A DNA stretch of 63,818 nucleotides, filler included, from Collodictyon triciliatum (Eukaryota): assembly GCA_043381765.1 (NCBI GenBank). It is 26 parts of 26 records of this genome, joined end to end, with 100 filler letters (N's around TTAATTAATTAA, not from the genome) between each part and the next. Parts side by side here need not be neighbours in the genome. Positions count along the whole stretch, not along the records: positions 1 to 2,366 come from JBHJMP010009022.1; positions 2,467 to 4,832 come from JBHJMP010009023.1; positions 4,933 to 7,298 come from JBHJMP010009024.1; positions 7,399 to 9,763 come from JBHJMP010009025.1; positions 9,864 to 12,230 come from JBHJMP010009026.1; positions 12,331 to 14,693 come from JBHJMP010009027.1; 20 more parts are not named here. One strand, written 5' to 3'. A program made the translations under genes and the position numbers. Positions 1 through 12,678 of the stretch are shown piece after piece. Numbering within the stretch: position 1 is the stretch's first letter; each line of letters starts with the position of its first letter. A model generated the notes under the pieces. That model was given only the letters and a program-made list of their open reading frames with translations. It ran no database searches and was not told the origin of the DNA.

Positions 1-165
1 GAGTCAGTGAGTGAGTGAGTGAGTGAGTGAGTGAGTGAGTGAGTGAGTGAGTGAGTGAGTGAGTGAGTGAGTGAGTGAGTGAGTGAGTGAGTGAGTCAGT
101 GAGTCAGTGAGTGAGTGAGTGAGTCAGTGAGTCAGTGAGTCAGTGAGTCAGTGAGTGAGTCAGTG
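1..165. repeat. (GAGT)n/(GAGTCAGT)n microsatellite, representative of the SSRs at most contig ends
   Basis: Direct tandem repeat. Others include TTTTATC (2268), GAGACT (4933), TTTTGGTC (7178), AAT (14610), CTAT (24445), AAAACAGTAT (29575), AAAAAGACAT-type (36930), TATG (61469) and ATAG (63718). Confidence 0.97.
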
Positions 166-195
166 AAATTATGTACATCGAGTTCCGATTCTTAC

Positions 196-2186
196 TTTCG
201 TTTCAAACTCGCATATTTGAGAAAAGTTCGTCAAATCCCACACACGGATAGTCCCATCCATTCCAAGCTTTCAAGATTAAAAAATATTGTTTTAAAAAAA
301 AGCTGCAAGTGGGTTTTGACAAGATGACAAAATAATACGATTGAAGTAACCAGACTGTGACAAGTTGTCCTTTCACAGCATTCACTGCAGCTGTGTATAT
401 TCCGGCACGGTGCGAACGGATGAATGTCTATTGTAGTTTTTCAATAAAGGGTAAAAACATGGGAATATGTATAATTAACCGCCAAATTCAAAAGTTCAAA
501 ATACACTTACCTCGTGAGTTTGGGACAGCATGTCCAAACAACCTATTGTACCGTGATTAGACCCAACAAAAACCTTGGTAGCGTCATCAGACAGAATACA
601 CGAAACAATACTATCTGTTTGGATTATAGATATCGTATTTCAATTAGTCTTGCAACATCACAACTATGCGCCAGTTTGGTAAAAGTGTATGTGATGGGCA
701 TACTAATCAAGATTATGATGTCATTAGAATTTTTCTTTTTATCTATACGAAGCCTTTAGAAATACATCTCAGTTTAATATTTGACATTATCTTAAAATAA
801 TATTGACGATAGACCTTCATGCTCTGCCTCCAAGATGAAATCAGTGAAATCAAGCGGCCATAGCCTCAATAGTTTATCGGTCGACCCTACCAAATTTATC
901 AACACACGAAAGTCTCAGCAACAATATCTTTGAGTTATGATAAAAGTTTGTGACGACAAACCTGATACAAAATATCCATCAGATACTGCGATTGAGGTTA
1001 TAGGCGCTTCATGAAGCTGGTATATTGTCTCGAGTAAGCGTTGGTCTAAGTGAATCTGGTAAACAGACCCCAACGAAGAACTTGCGTACAGCGTTTGACC
1101 ATGAGCCTTTGAATGTGATTTCAATCATTTTAAAAATGCATGCTTCCTGGTTTCTTTTAATATTGATATAAAGCACTGAAATAAAAAAATCATTCTGGCA
1201 ATTGATTACGAGATACCCCTGCATTAAAATCTATATCAAAAAATTCTGCATTCCAGAAGTCTTCTAATGGAAGAGGTGCACTGTGAAGCGAGCTATCTTT
1301 CAACCTCCATAACCTTCGTTGGTAAGCCATAGAAAATGTGTCAGTATTCTCATGCATATATTTGACGGGGAAAAAAACCGTAAGAATTCTTTCAACCATT
1401 TTTTCGTGCAGGTTTATCGAGTCTATTCACCTTATATTGTCTCGACCACATGATACTATTTGATTATGATCGAAGGGATTGAATTTCATCCGGTTAATGT
1501 GGAAATCAGTCGTGTGCTTCAGAATTACTTTTGGATATCCTAGGATGGAACAAAAAAAAATTAGAAATTATTAGTTCAAGTTCCATATGAACAGACAGAT
1601 GACCAAGGCAGAGGTAAAAGGAGTACATAAATATTAAATTGGTTGATACGTACCTTTGTTGGTGGTAGATGATATATCATATTTTATGATTTCTTGTTTC
1701 CCTTTTGAATCATCGCTAACAGTAATCATCCACGCGACATCGAATGAAAAGCTAATTGAGCGGACTGGTGAGGTGTGTTCTGTAAGTATATTTGTACAGA
1801 AAGCCCCCACTATATCCCATATTCGAATAACTGGCTCTTTTCCTTCTTGGGCGGAGGCCAAAGTAAGACCGTTGTGGCTCAGACCCATTGCACATATGTT
1901 GGATGTATGTCCATGAAGTAGTCTTTGATTTCCTGTATTATGTATCAATATTTTGTTTTTAATCAAAGCATGTAGATGTACAACTTTCAGATGAGTCACG
2001 TTTTGTAAAAGTATACTAGTTTCCAAGTGATGCCAAATGGTATATTCATTCCAAAGAAAGACGTATAAACAAGATAGAACCTTCCCCAATGTTGTAAATG
2101 ACTATAGTTTTAGACGAAGAGAATATCAAGGAATTCAATCTTTGAGACCAAACTAGATTTCGATGTATCGGTGTATAGCCAATGAT
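196..2186 (-). CDS. WDR90: WD40 protein WDR90/POC16-like (centriole), internal fragment, 8 exons
   Basis: GT-AG splicing gives an open frame: IIGYTP..GNQRLLHGHT..SCGRDNIRLWRLKDSSLHSAP..LLRLWPLDFTDFILEAEHE..FIRSHRAGI..DGTIRVWDL. RLWPLDF..LEAEHE is characteristic of WDR90. Confidence 0.85.
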
Positions 2187-2745
2187 CTGTGGCAAACATG
2201 TAAGAGAGAAACCCTCGTAAAGGTCAGATTATTTGATGATTTATAGTGCCGATAGTTTTGTTGATTTTTCTTTTATCTTTTATCTTTTATCTTTTATCTT
2301 TTATCTTTTATCTTTTATCTTTTATCTTTTATCTTTTATCTTTTATCTTTTATCTTTTATCTTTTANNNNNNNNNNNNNNNNNNNNNNNNNNNNNNNNNN
2401 NNNNNNNNNNTTAATTAATTAANNNNNNNNNNNNNNNNNNNNNNNNNNNNNNNNNNNNNNNNNNNNCTTTTCTTCTCTTTTCTTCTCTTTTCTTCTCTTT
2501 TCTTCTCTTTTCTTCTCTTTTCTTCTCTTTTCTTCTCTTTTCTTCTCTTTTCTTCTCTTTTCTTTTCTTCTCTTTTCTTCTCTTCTTTTTTCTTCTCTTT
2601 TCTTCTCTTCTTTTTTCTTTTCTTTTCTTTTCTTTTCTTCTCTTCTCCGATATTCTCCGATATTCTCTGTTCTTTTTCTATACTTTTCTCTTTCTACTCC
2701 ATCGCCTTTCCTTGAACGATGGAAATTCCCACCTGAAAGAGGGCT

Positions 2746-4460
<1,715 letters not shown>

Positions 4461-4932
4461 CTAAGATGGTGATGATAAATGAGAGGGTGGGGTATGTTAG
4501 CGATGCATGTTTTTACTTCTTTTTTTTCCTCATTTTTTCCTCCTTTGTTCATTTCCAATTTTTACAAATCATGGGATATTAACTGTGGATGTTAATCATA
4601 CATGATTATATGTGAATGATTTAAAAATTCCTATATTCGATTCAAAATTTGTATGAAAATATATTAAAATATTGCATGAAAATATTCTGTTTTTTTCCTT
4701 TTTTTTCTTTTTTTCTTTTTTTCTTTTTTTCTTTTTTTCTTTTTTCTTTTTTCTTTTTTCTTTTTTCTTTTTTCTTTTTTTCTTTTTTTCTTTTTTTCTT
4801 TTTTTCTTTTTTTCTTTTTTTCTTTTTTTCTTNNNNNNNNNNNNNNNNNNNNNNNNNNNNNNNNNNNNNNNNNNNNTTAATTAATTAANNNNNNNNNNNN
4901 NNNNNNNNNNNNNNNNNNNNNNNNNNNNNNNN

Positions 4933-6170
4933 AGACTGAGACTGAGACTGAGACTGAGACTGAGACTGAGACTGAGACTGAGACTGAGACTGAGACTGAG
5001 ACTGAGACTGAGACTGAGACTGAGACTGAGACTGAGACTGAGACTGAGACTGAAACTGAGACTGAGACTGAGACTGAGACTGAGACTGAGACTGAGATCT
5101 TGATGGTGGGTGGGAATTTGAGATCAAGTCCTGGATAGACCATATTTTGATTTTTGTATCGAAGCTCCCAGTTATAATTTTTGATCCATCAACAACTAAC
5201 GAAATAGTATGAATCAGGGCTGTGTGACCTGTCCATGTTTCCAATAAACGACCGTCGTTTAAGTCCCAAATTTTTATCGAAAGATCGTCACCTCCTGAAA
5301 TTACTTTAGATTTGTCTTTTGAAAACACTACGCTATGAATAGAATTTACATGACCGAGCAATGTTCGCAGTAGGTAGCCATTTTCAAGGTTCCATATCTT
5401 AATAGAACTATCACTACTCGCTGAAACGATTAAGGTTCCATCTTGAGAAATATCTAATGTACATACGTATCCATTATGGCCGCTCAGAGTTCGAATCAAA
5501 TTACCATTCGAGATATTCCAAATTTTTATCGTTTTATCGGCACTTCCAGAGATAATTTTTGTACCATCCTTGGTCGGAAGCACACTACATACAGCGCTTG
5601 AATGTCCTAATATTGTTCTGATCAATTTTCCATCAGATATATTCCATAATTTCACCGAGATATCCCAGCTACCTGAAATAATCATCGATCCACATGGAGA
5701 AACAGCAACACTGCGTACAACATTGGTATGGCCAGTTATTGTTCTAATTAAAGTACCATTTGAGATGTTCCATAGTTTTATCGTGTTATCATTACTCCCA
5801 GATACTACAATCTTGTCATCTGGAGTAATTGAAACAGTGTATACTTTATTAGTATGACCCGCCAAAGTGCCATTTAAAGACCAATTAGAAACATTCCATA
5901 TTTTAATAGTATAATCACCACTTCCTGATACTAACTTTGTCCCATTTTTTGACACAAAAACACTTCTCACATCTCCATAGTGTCCATCAATTGTATGGAC
6001 AAGATAGTAATCTCCAGCAACAAGGATAACTTTATTTGAAGCTAGAAACTCTAGATTGAAAAATTAATAGATTATTGAATTTTAACGACAAAACATTCAT
6101 CAATTAATGTGTAAAATATCTTACCATATAAAACCAAAGTTAATAGGAATCCTTTTTTCAAAAACATCAT
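4933..6170 (-). CDS. WD40 beta-propeller (7 regular repeats) with predicted signal peptide and (SQ)n tail running off the contig
   Basis: Exon 6125-6170 (MMFLKKGFLLTLVLY) splices in frame across GT-AG intron 6051-6124 into the ORF with GH..V..V....DG..I.SGS.D.TIKIW repeats. Confidence 0.85.
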
Positions 6171-7566
6171 CCTGTATATTAATTTAAGAATCAAATATGT
6201 TCTGATGAATTTCAGTTTGAAATTAAGACAATATTAACCGAACTTATACAGAAAGGATTTTTCTCAATATAATTCCTATATTTTCACTATATTATTTGTA
6301 TATTTATTCATTTATTTATATTTCTTTTTTAATAATACAAATAAACTTATTTGATGTTTTAATATATTCAGATGAGATGAATGAACAATTTGTTCGAGTT
6401 TGGGTGATATTACAATATATGGATAGTATTGATTATTTTGGGTGAAATCAAATATTTACAAAGTTAATTTGCGTTTTATTTTTTCAGATGACCTCAAAGA
6501 GTCATTGATTTGCGTTTTATAAATTTGAGAGACTAATTTATGGAATACTTAAATAGATTTAACTTCACACTAGTTTATGATCCACTTTTTCAAAAAAATC
6601 TAAGTTGTAATATCCTCAATTAGACAGAGTCTCTGATTTTACATTTTTACTTTAAGTATTTCGAATTTCTTCATGGAAAAATTGATTTTGTATTAATAAC
6701 TTCAAATTTATTATAATCTCAAAACAACTTAACTCCTAAGAATCGACAATATTTGGAAGCATCTTTTAATTGATTTGAAATGTAATTATATGATAACATT
6801 TTAATAATTAATGGGTTAATATATACAATAAAGGTAATTCTGAATTTGTAACAGATATTATAATTCAAGGCTTATTATTTTTCAAAATTTTAGAGTGCAA
6901 GAGTTATTAAAAAATTAATTATATACCAAAACCTTCTATCATATAAGACTAAATGTTATCTTTCATAATAAACTAACATATTTTGATGTTTTTAAGTCTT
7001 CATGTCAAGTAATCATATGATTTTCATATTTGGATAATCTTTGGTGGAAAAATTTTAACTGGTAATTTTGGATCTATTAAACGTTTATTTGGATCAAGAT
7101 AGCACAATCTGAACAAATATTTGAATAAAATGGATGTATCAATAATTCGATTATATGTTATTGTGCATTATTTTTCGATTTGGTCTTTTGGTCTTTTGGT
7201 CTTTTGGTCTTTTGGTCTTTTGGTCTTTTGGTCTTTTGGTCTTTTGGTCTTTTGGTCTTTTGGTCTTTTGGTTTTTTGGTTTTTTGGTTTTTTGGTTTNN
7301 NNNNNNNNNNNNNNNNNNNNNNNNNNNNNNNNNNNNNNNNNNTTAATTAATTAANNNNNNNNNNNNNNNNNNNNNNNNNNNNNNNNNNNNNNNNNNNNTT
7401 TCTTTTCTTTTCTTTTCTTTTCTTTTCTTTTCTTTTCTTTTCTTTTCTTTTCTTTTCTTTTCTTTTCTTTTCTTTTCTTTTCTTTTCTTTTCTTTCCTAA
7501 ACATCTAGATAAAATCAATGTTCTCTTGATGTTAGTTAGTCGTATATCAATCACATAACAATCTAC

Positions 7567-9477
7567 CGGTGAATTGTTCAAGGAAGACGACTAGAAAAGG
7601 AGCAAGCAAGTCGTTTATTCCTTGAACATAACCGCTGGCTGGGTGGCGAATAGACCAAACATACAAGACACGCTCACACAACTGATAAATTTGGTACAAA
7701 ATAATAATTAGAATTTGTGACAAACAAGAGAGTGAAATATGTTTAAATGAGCAGAAATAGTATTGCCTAATAATTTCCTTATTGTACATACATACGAATA
7801 TATAGGATGAATGAGAAGCCAAAACTTTATTTTGCACAAACTGAAAGGAATAATAACAATAAAAAAAAATCGGAGGAATGAGAAGAATCACATACTGCTT
7901 GGATCCGCTTTTGTTGAAAAAGAGGGACATTTGGAAGTGTTCGAGGTAAGTCTAGCAGAATCTGTTCAAGAATATCAAATAATTAAAAGAATTAAAAAAA
8001 GTCAAAAGATATTAAAAACGATAACCACGCAATAAACTATTAAATTTGACCGTAAAAAACGTAAACATCTCATGAAAAATAAACAGAGGAAATATGTTTT
8101 ATAAATGATTCAAATATAGTCTCACTTGTCTTGATATATCCTCCTCCTGCTCAGTTTTCGTGGTGTTCGACCCGAAGTACCGATCCACATAGGTTTTGTA
8201 TTCTTGTCGCTTCCTTTCCAATGTATATTGGCGCCTCTCTAGATTAGTAGGCAAGTAATCCTAAAGGCATTGATGCCAAAAAGAAATAAAGGGATGAAAA
8301 TAGCGATAACAGGAGCTATCAAAAAAAAAAAAAGCTATTAAATTTTATTGACTGGACCGTATTTTCAATAAAAGAACAAAAACTTGCCAGTAAATACATC
8401 CATACAACGGCTCTATTCTCCTTTGGTATTCCAGCCCAACTCAGTTTTTTGAGATCCTCTATATATATGTCATGGAAAATATAGCTTAGAATGATGTATT
8501 CTGGAGTATTTTCCCATCTTCAATTTTTTTTTGTTTTTTTTTTAAAAAAAAAAAACGTTCGTCTGTGGATTAGAAAAGTGGTCATTTCATGATGGCATTT
8601 GAACATCGGGATGATACAAATAATACAATTTTTAGTTATTCTTTAGAGTAACAGGTATATACATATCCATAATGGTACCTAGTTCAATCATCGGTTCAGA
8701 TAAAATCCTTTGAAATTTTGTTCTTTTTGAATCATTTGATGATGAAAAAGTTTCCACAGACGCAGCCTCATCAGATTTTGGAGAGTTATCATGACCAGAA
8801 TTCTGTAACAAAAATTCATTGTGATTCTGCTTCATCCCTTGCTCTGATTTTGTTTTGCTTTCTTTTATAAAGACAGTAAAGAAAGTTGCAAGATTTTGAC
8901 TCATAAATCATAATAAGTTACTTTCATAATTAATATTATGGAAGTATACTGTAAAAGGTCGATGAACTACTATGCTTCCAATATCTCGGGGCGTATCTGA
9001 AGAAATTCCATCTGTTGGCGTACTTTATAAAAGAAAAACGTTATACTTGGATTATGTACGTTCTTACATTGTAAAGATAGTCTAGGGTATATTGCAGAAT
9101 TCTGGAAAAATATGTAAAGGGAATATGCCAAAAAAAAAAAAGATGCCCTAATTTAGCGAGGAAAAATGAGGACAAAATAGTTATGCTCGACTGTGAACCA
9201 GAATACCAGTAATTACTTTAAATGTAGAATGCTACTAAATTATCAAAAGGCAGTAGAAGTAGATGTTTTGAAGGCGAAATCAATAGTGAATTGTTCATTG
9301 GTATGAAACACTCATTGGATACTTTTTTGTATGAAGACTGCGACTCCCGCCTGGGTTAGCGACGACGACTTTGATGCCACCAGGTCGCTTTGCAGAGTTT
9401 GGTCTTTGGAAAAGTGAAGGTTGATGAAATGGCACGGCAGAAGGAACATTAGGATGTTTCCCGTTGGTGTCGGCCAT
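7567..9477 (-). CDS. TBC1D22: Rab GTPase-activating protein TBC1D22/Gyp1, 3'-truncated, multi-exon
   Basis: LKKLSWAGIP..RAVVWMYLL, YLPTN..LERKRQEY, ILLDLPRT, ERVLYVWSIRHPASGYVQGINDLLAPF. Confidence 0.92.
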
Positions 9478-10300
9478 AACTTGTGTTTTTTCTCTCCTGC
9501 TGCTTGTTTCATACATATACGTTAAAGTGTTGGCAGTCGCTTGCTTAGAATTAAAAAAATGCGCGCAACAGCTTTGGAAAGCAACCCTGTGTCAGTCAAT
9601 AGTAGAAACACACAAATATACACTTTTTTTCCTTCAAAATAATAATAATAATAATAATAATAATGAAAACGAAAAAGGAAAAGGAAAAGAAAAAGGAAAA
9701 AGGAAAAGGAAAAGGAAAAGGAAAAGGAAAAGGAAAAGGAAAAGGAAAAGGAAAAGGAAAAGGNNNNNNNNNNNNNNNNNNNNNNNNNNNNNNNNNNNNN
9801 NNNNNNNTTAATTAATTAANNNNNNNNNNNNNNNNNNNNNNNNNNNNNNNNNNNNNNNNNNNNCAAGAAATAAACAAGAAATAAAAAAGAAATAAACAAG
9901 AAATAAACAAGAAATAAACAAGAAATAAACAAGAAATAAACAAGAAATAAACAAGAAATAAAAAAGAAAAAAGAAATAAAAAGAAATAAAAAGAAATAAA
10001 AAGAAATAAAAAGAAATAAAAAGAAATAAAAAGAAATAAAAAGAAATAAAAAGGAAATAAAAAAGAAACAAAAAGACAGACGAATTAAGATAGATTAATA
10101 TATTAAAATAGAACAAGAGTGTCGGAAGGTTGCTCAGTCTTCTTCTTTCGCCCTTTTCGGTCGTTCTAAACGCCATGTATGAACGTTATGTGTGATTATG
10201 TGAATCTAAAGAAGACTTCTAATCGCAAGTTTGAATGAATGTTGAATAACAATAATTAAAATACAGCAGATAATAAACAGGAAAATGAGTTGTTTTTAAC

Positions 10301-12206
10301 CTGTGCCGCCGCTTGGGCTTGTGCCTTTGCTTCAGCAGCTCGTTCGGCCTTCTTCAACTGAGCCACNNNNNNNNNNNNNNNNNNNNNNNNNNNNNNNNNN
10401 NNNNNNNNNNNNNNNNNNNNNNNNNNNNNNNNNNNNNNNNNNNNNNNNNNNNNNNNNNNNNNNNNNNNNNNNNNNNNNNNNNNNNNNNNNNNNNNNNNNN
10501 NNNNNNNNNNNNNNNNNNNNNNNNNNNNNNNNNNNNNNNNNNNNNNNNNNNNNNNNNNNNNNNNNNNNNNNNNNNNNNNNNNNNNNNNNNNNNNNNNNNN
10601 NNNNNNNNNNNNNNNNNNNNNNNNNNNNNNNNNNNNNNNNNNNNNNNNNNNNNNNNNNNNNNNNNNNNNNNNNNNNNNNNNNNNNNNNNNNNNNNNNNNN
10701 NNNNNNNNNNNNNNNNNNNNNNNNNNNNNNNNNNNNNNNNNNNNNNNNNNNNNNNNNNNNNNNNNNNNNNNNNNNNNNNNNNNNNNNNNNNNNNNNNNNN
10801 NNNNNNNNNNNNNNNNNNNNNNNNNNNNNNNNNNNNNNNNNNNNNNNNNNNNNNNNNNNNNNNNNNNNNNNNNNNNNNNNNNNNNGTGCAACTGGACCAT
10901 GTGGTTCAACTTTTCATCCATGTCCTTGGACCATTCAAGTTGATCGAATGAGCTGGATGTCTCAACCAAGTTGTCTGGTGGATTTATAAAAGCACATAAT
11001 CAACCAAAGCACGAATGCAACAAAACAGCACGGACATAGGTATCGGATGCCATAAACAAAACAAAACAAAACAAAACAAAACAAAACAAAACAAAACAAA
11101 ACAAAACAAAACAAAACAAAACAAAACAAAACAAAGCAAAACAAGAGAGAATGAAAAGTGGTTGAGTAAACTAAAGGACGAAGATACATACCAACGGAAA
11201 CTGACAAACCTGCATGCCGGACTCGCTTTCTCCTCGATGAGGTTGAGCCTGTGAGGAAGGTTGACACCGCAGGAGTCGGAGAGGACATGTCACTCTGGGC
11301 CACATGTCTTTTGGGGCTATGGTTGAGGTTAACCGCGGGTGGCATTGGGTGAGAGCGCATTCGGGGGCTGTCGCTCGAGTAGACTGGGGATCCAACATCG
11401 CTGGGGATGTCAAAGAGATGGAAGCGATGAAAGTGGCTATGGCTGTGGCTGTGGTTGTGGTTGTGATGCGGCTGTGGTTGTGGTCGTGGCTGTGGTTGTG
11501 ACTCGCGCGACGGGGACTCAGACGAAGGCTGCGAGTGTGTGGCAGTGTCAGTATGCGTCCCAGACTCGACAGACGCAGACTCGGCGGACTCGGACTCAGC
11601 AGAGGCAGAGGCAGAGGCAGAGGCAGAGGCAGAAGGGATTGTGCCGGGGTGCTGCAGAGGGCTTCGTGGTGGTGGAGAAGGCTGGTGCAGTCGCTGCAGG
11701 TGCGCGTGGCGGGCCGCGGCTCGGTGGGTGGCTGTGGCTGTGGCTGTGGCTGGTCGAGGAGATGCTGCGGTGTTGGGGGACTCTCCACGGTGTGGCTGTG
11801 GCTGTGGTTGTGGCAACGAGGCCAGGAAGGAGTATGTGGCAGTGAAGAAGGGGCAGTTGCGGGCGGCGGGCCACTCGTGCAGCATGTGACTCCACATTTC
11901 CACCAGTTGCCGTTGTGTTTCTGCACGCTCATATTGCTGTGACTGTGGTTGCGCCTGATGTGCTTGTTCAGCTTGCTGGGTTTGTTGGGCTTGTTGGGCT
12001 TGTTGGGTTTGTTGGGCTTGTTGGGCTTGTTGGGTTTGTTGGGTTTGTTGGGTTTGTTGGGCTTGTTGAGCGTGTTGAGCGTGTTGAGCGTGTTGAGCGT
12101 GTTGAGCGTGTTGAGCGTGTTGAGCGTGTTGAGCGTGTTGAGCGTGTTGAGCGTGTTGAGCTTGTTGAGCTTGTTGAGCTTGTTGAGCTTGTTGAGGCAT
12201 AACCAT
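10301..12206 (-). CDS. Low-complexity Q/H/S/A-rich protein with the start of a Myb/SANT-like repeat, interrupted by an N gap
   Basis: GC-rich ORF with (QQA/QHA)n. It splices in frame (..RHA|DNLVET..) to EWSKDMDEKLNHMVQLH, which fits Myb W[ST]xxxDxxL. The rest is hidden by gap 10367-10885. Confidence 0.55.
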
Positions 12207-12330
12207 GTGGTAGGCGTGGTATGCGTATGGNNNNNNNNNNNNNNNNNNNNNNNNNNNNNNNNNNNNNNNNNNNNTTAATTAATTAANNNNNNNNNNNNNN
12301 NNNNNNNNNNNNNNNNNNNNNNNNNNNNNN

Positions 12331-12432
12331 GTAAGATATCTCCCACAGCATATCCAACCCCTGCTACCCACGCAACCAATCAACCAGTTGGGACGCCCAC
12401 CTGACCAACTCGCTATCACTGATTTCTTTCCG
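12331..12432 (+). mobile_element. Non-LTR retrotransposon ORF2 C-terminal fragment, cut by the contig edge
   Basis: Near-identical to 17498-17597 and encodes ..GRPPDQLAITDFFP. The downstream tail differs. Confidence 0.8.
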
Positions 12433-12678
12433 ATGTGTGCCATTTTGTCGAACTTCGAATCACAGAATCAATAAAATATGAATAAAATAATCAAGCCAGA
12501 GTTAGAAAAGAATTGGAAAAAGACCAATGAGATCAAGGGTTAAGAATCCATTTTTTAAATGGGTCTGATGAAAACAATTATTTGGTTTATGTCCCCTTCC
12601 TAAATTCACCGGGTAGTATTATTTTTTTTTAATATAAAGTTCAGGTTTATCAGCGGTTTTTTTCTGTCCGGAAATGAG

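Noticed and set aside
2411-2422. Regularly spaced TTAATTAATTAA repeat suggesting an array or nanochromosome-like architecture
   Set aside because: Always embedded in exact N44 padding. It is a synthetic six-frame-stop linker, and the uniform spacing reflects length-sorted contigs.
7178-7298. TTTTGG-type repeats as telomeres, or SSRs as CRISPR arrays
   Set aside because: Motifs differ at each contig end, many lie in introns, and there are no spacers or cas genes. These are assembly breaks at microsatellites.
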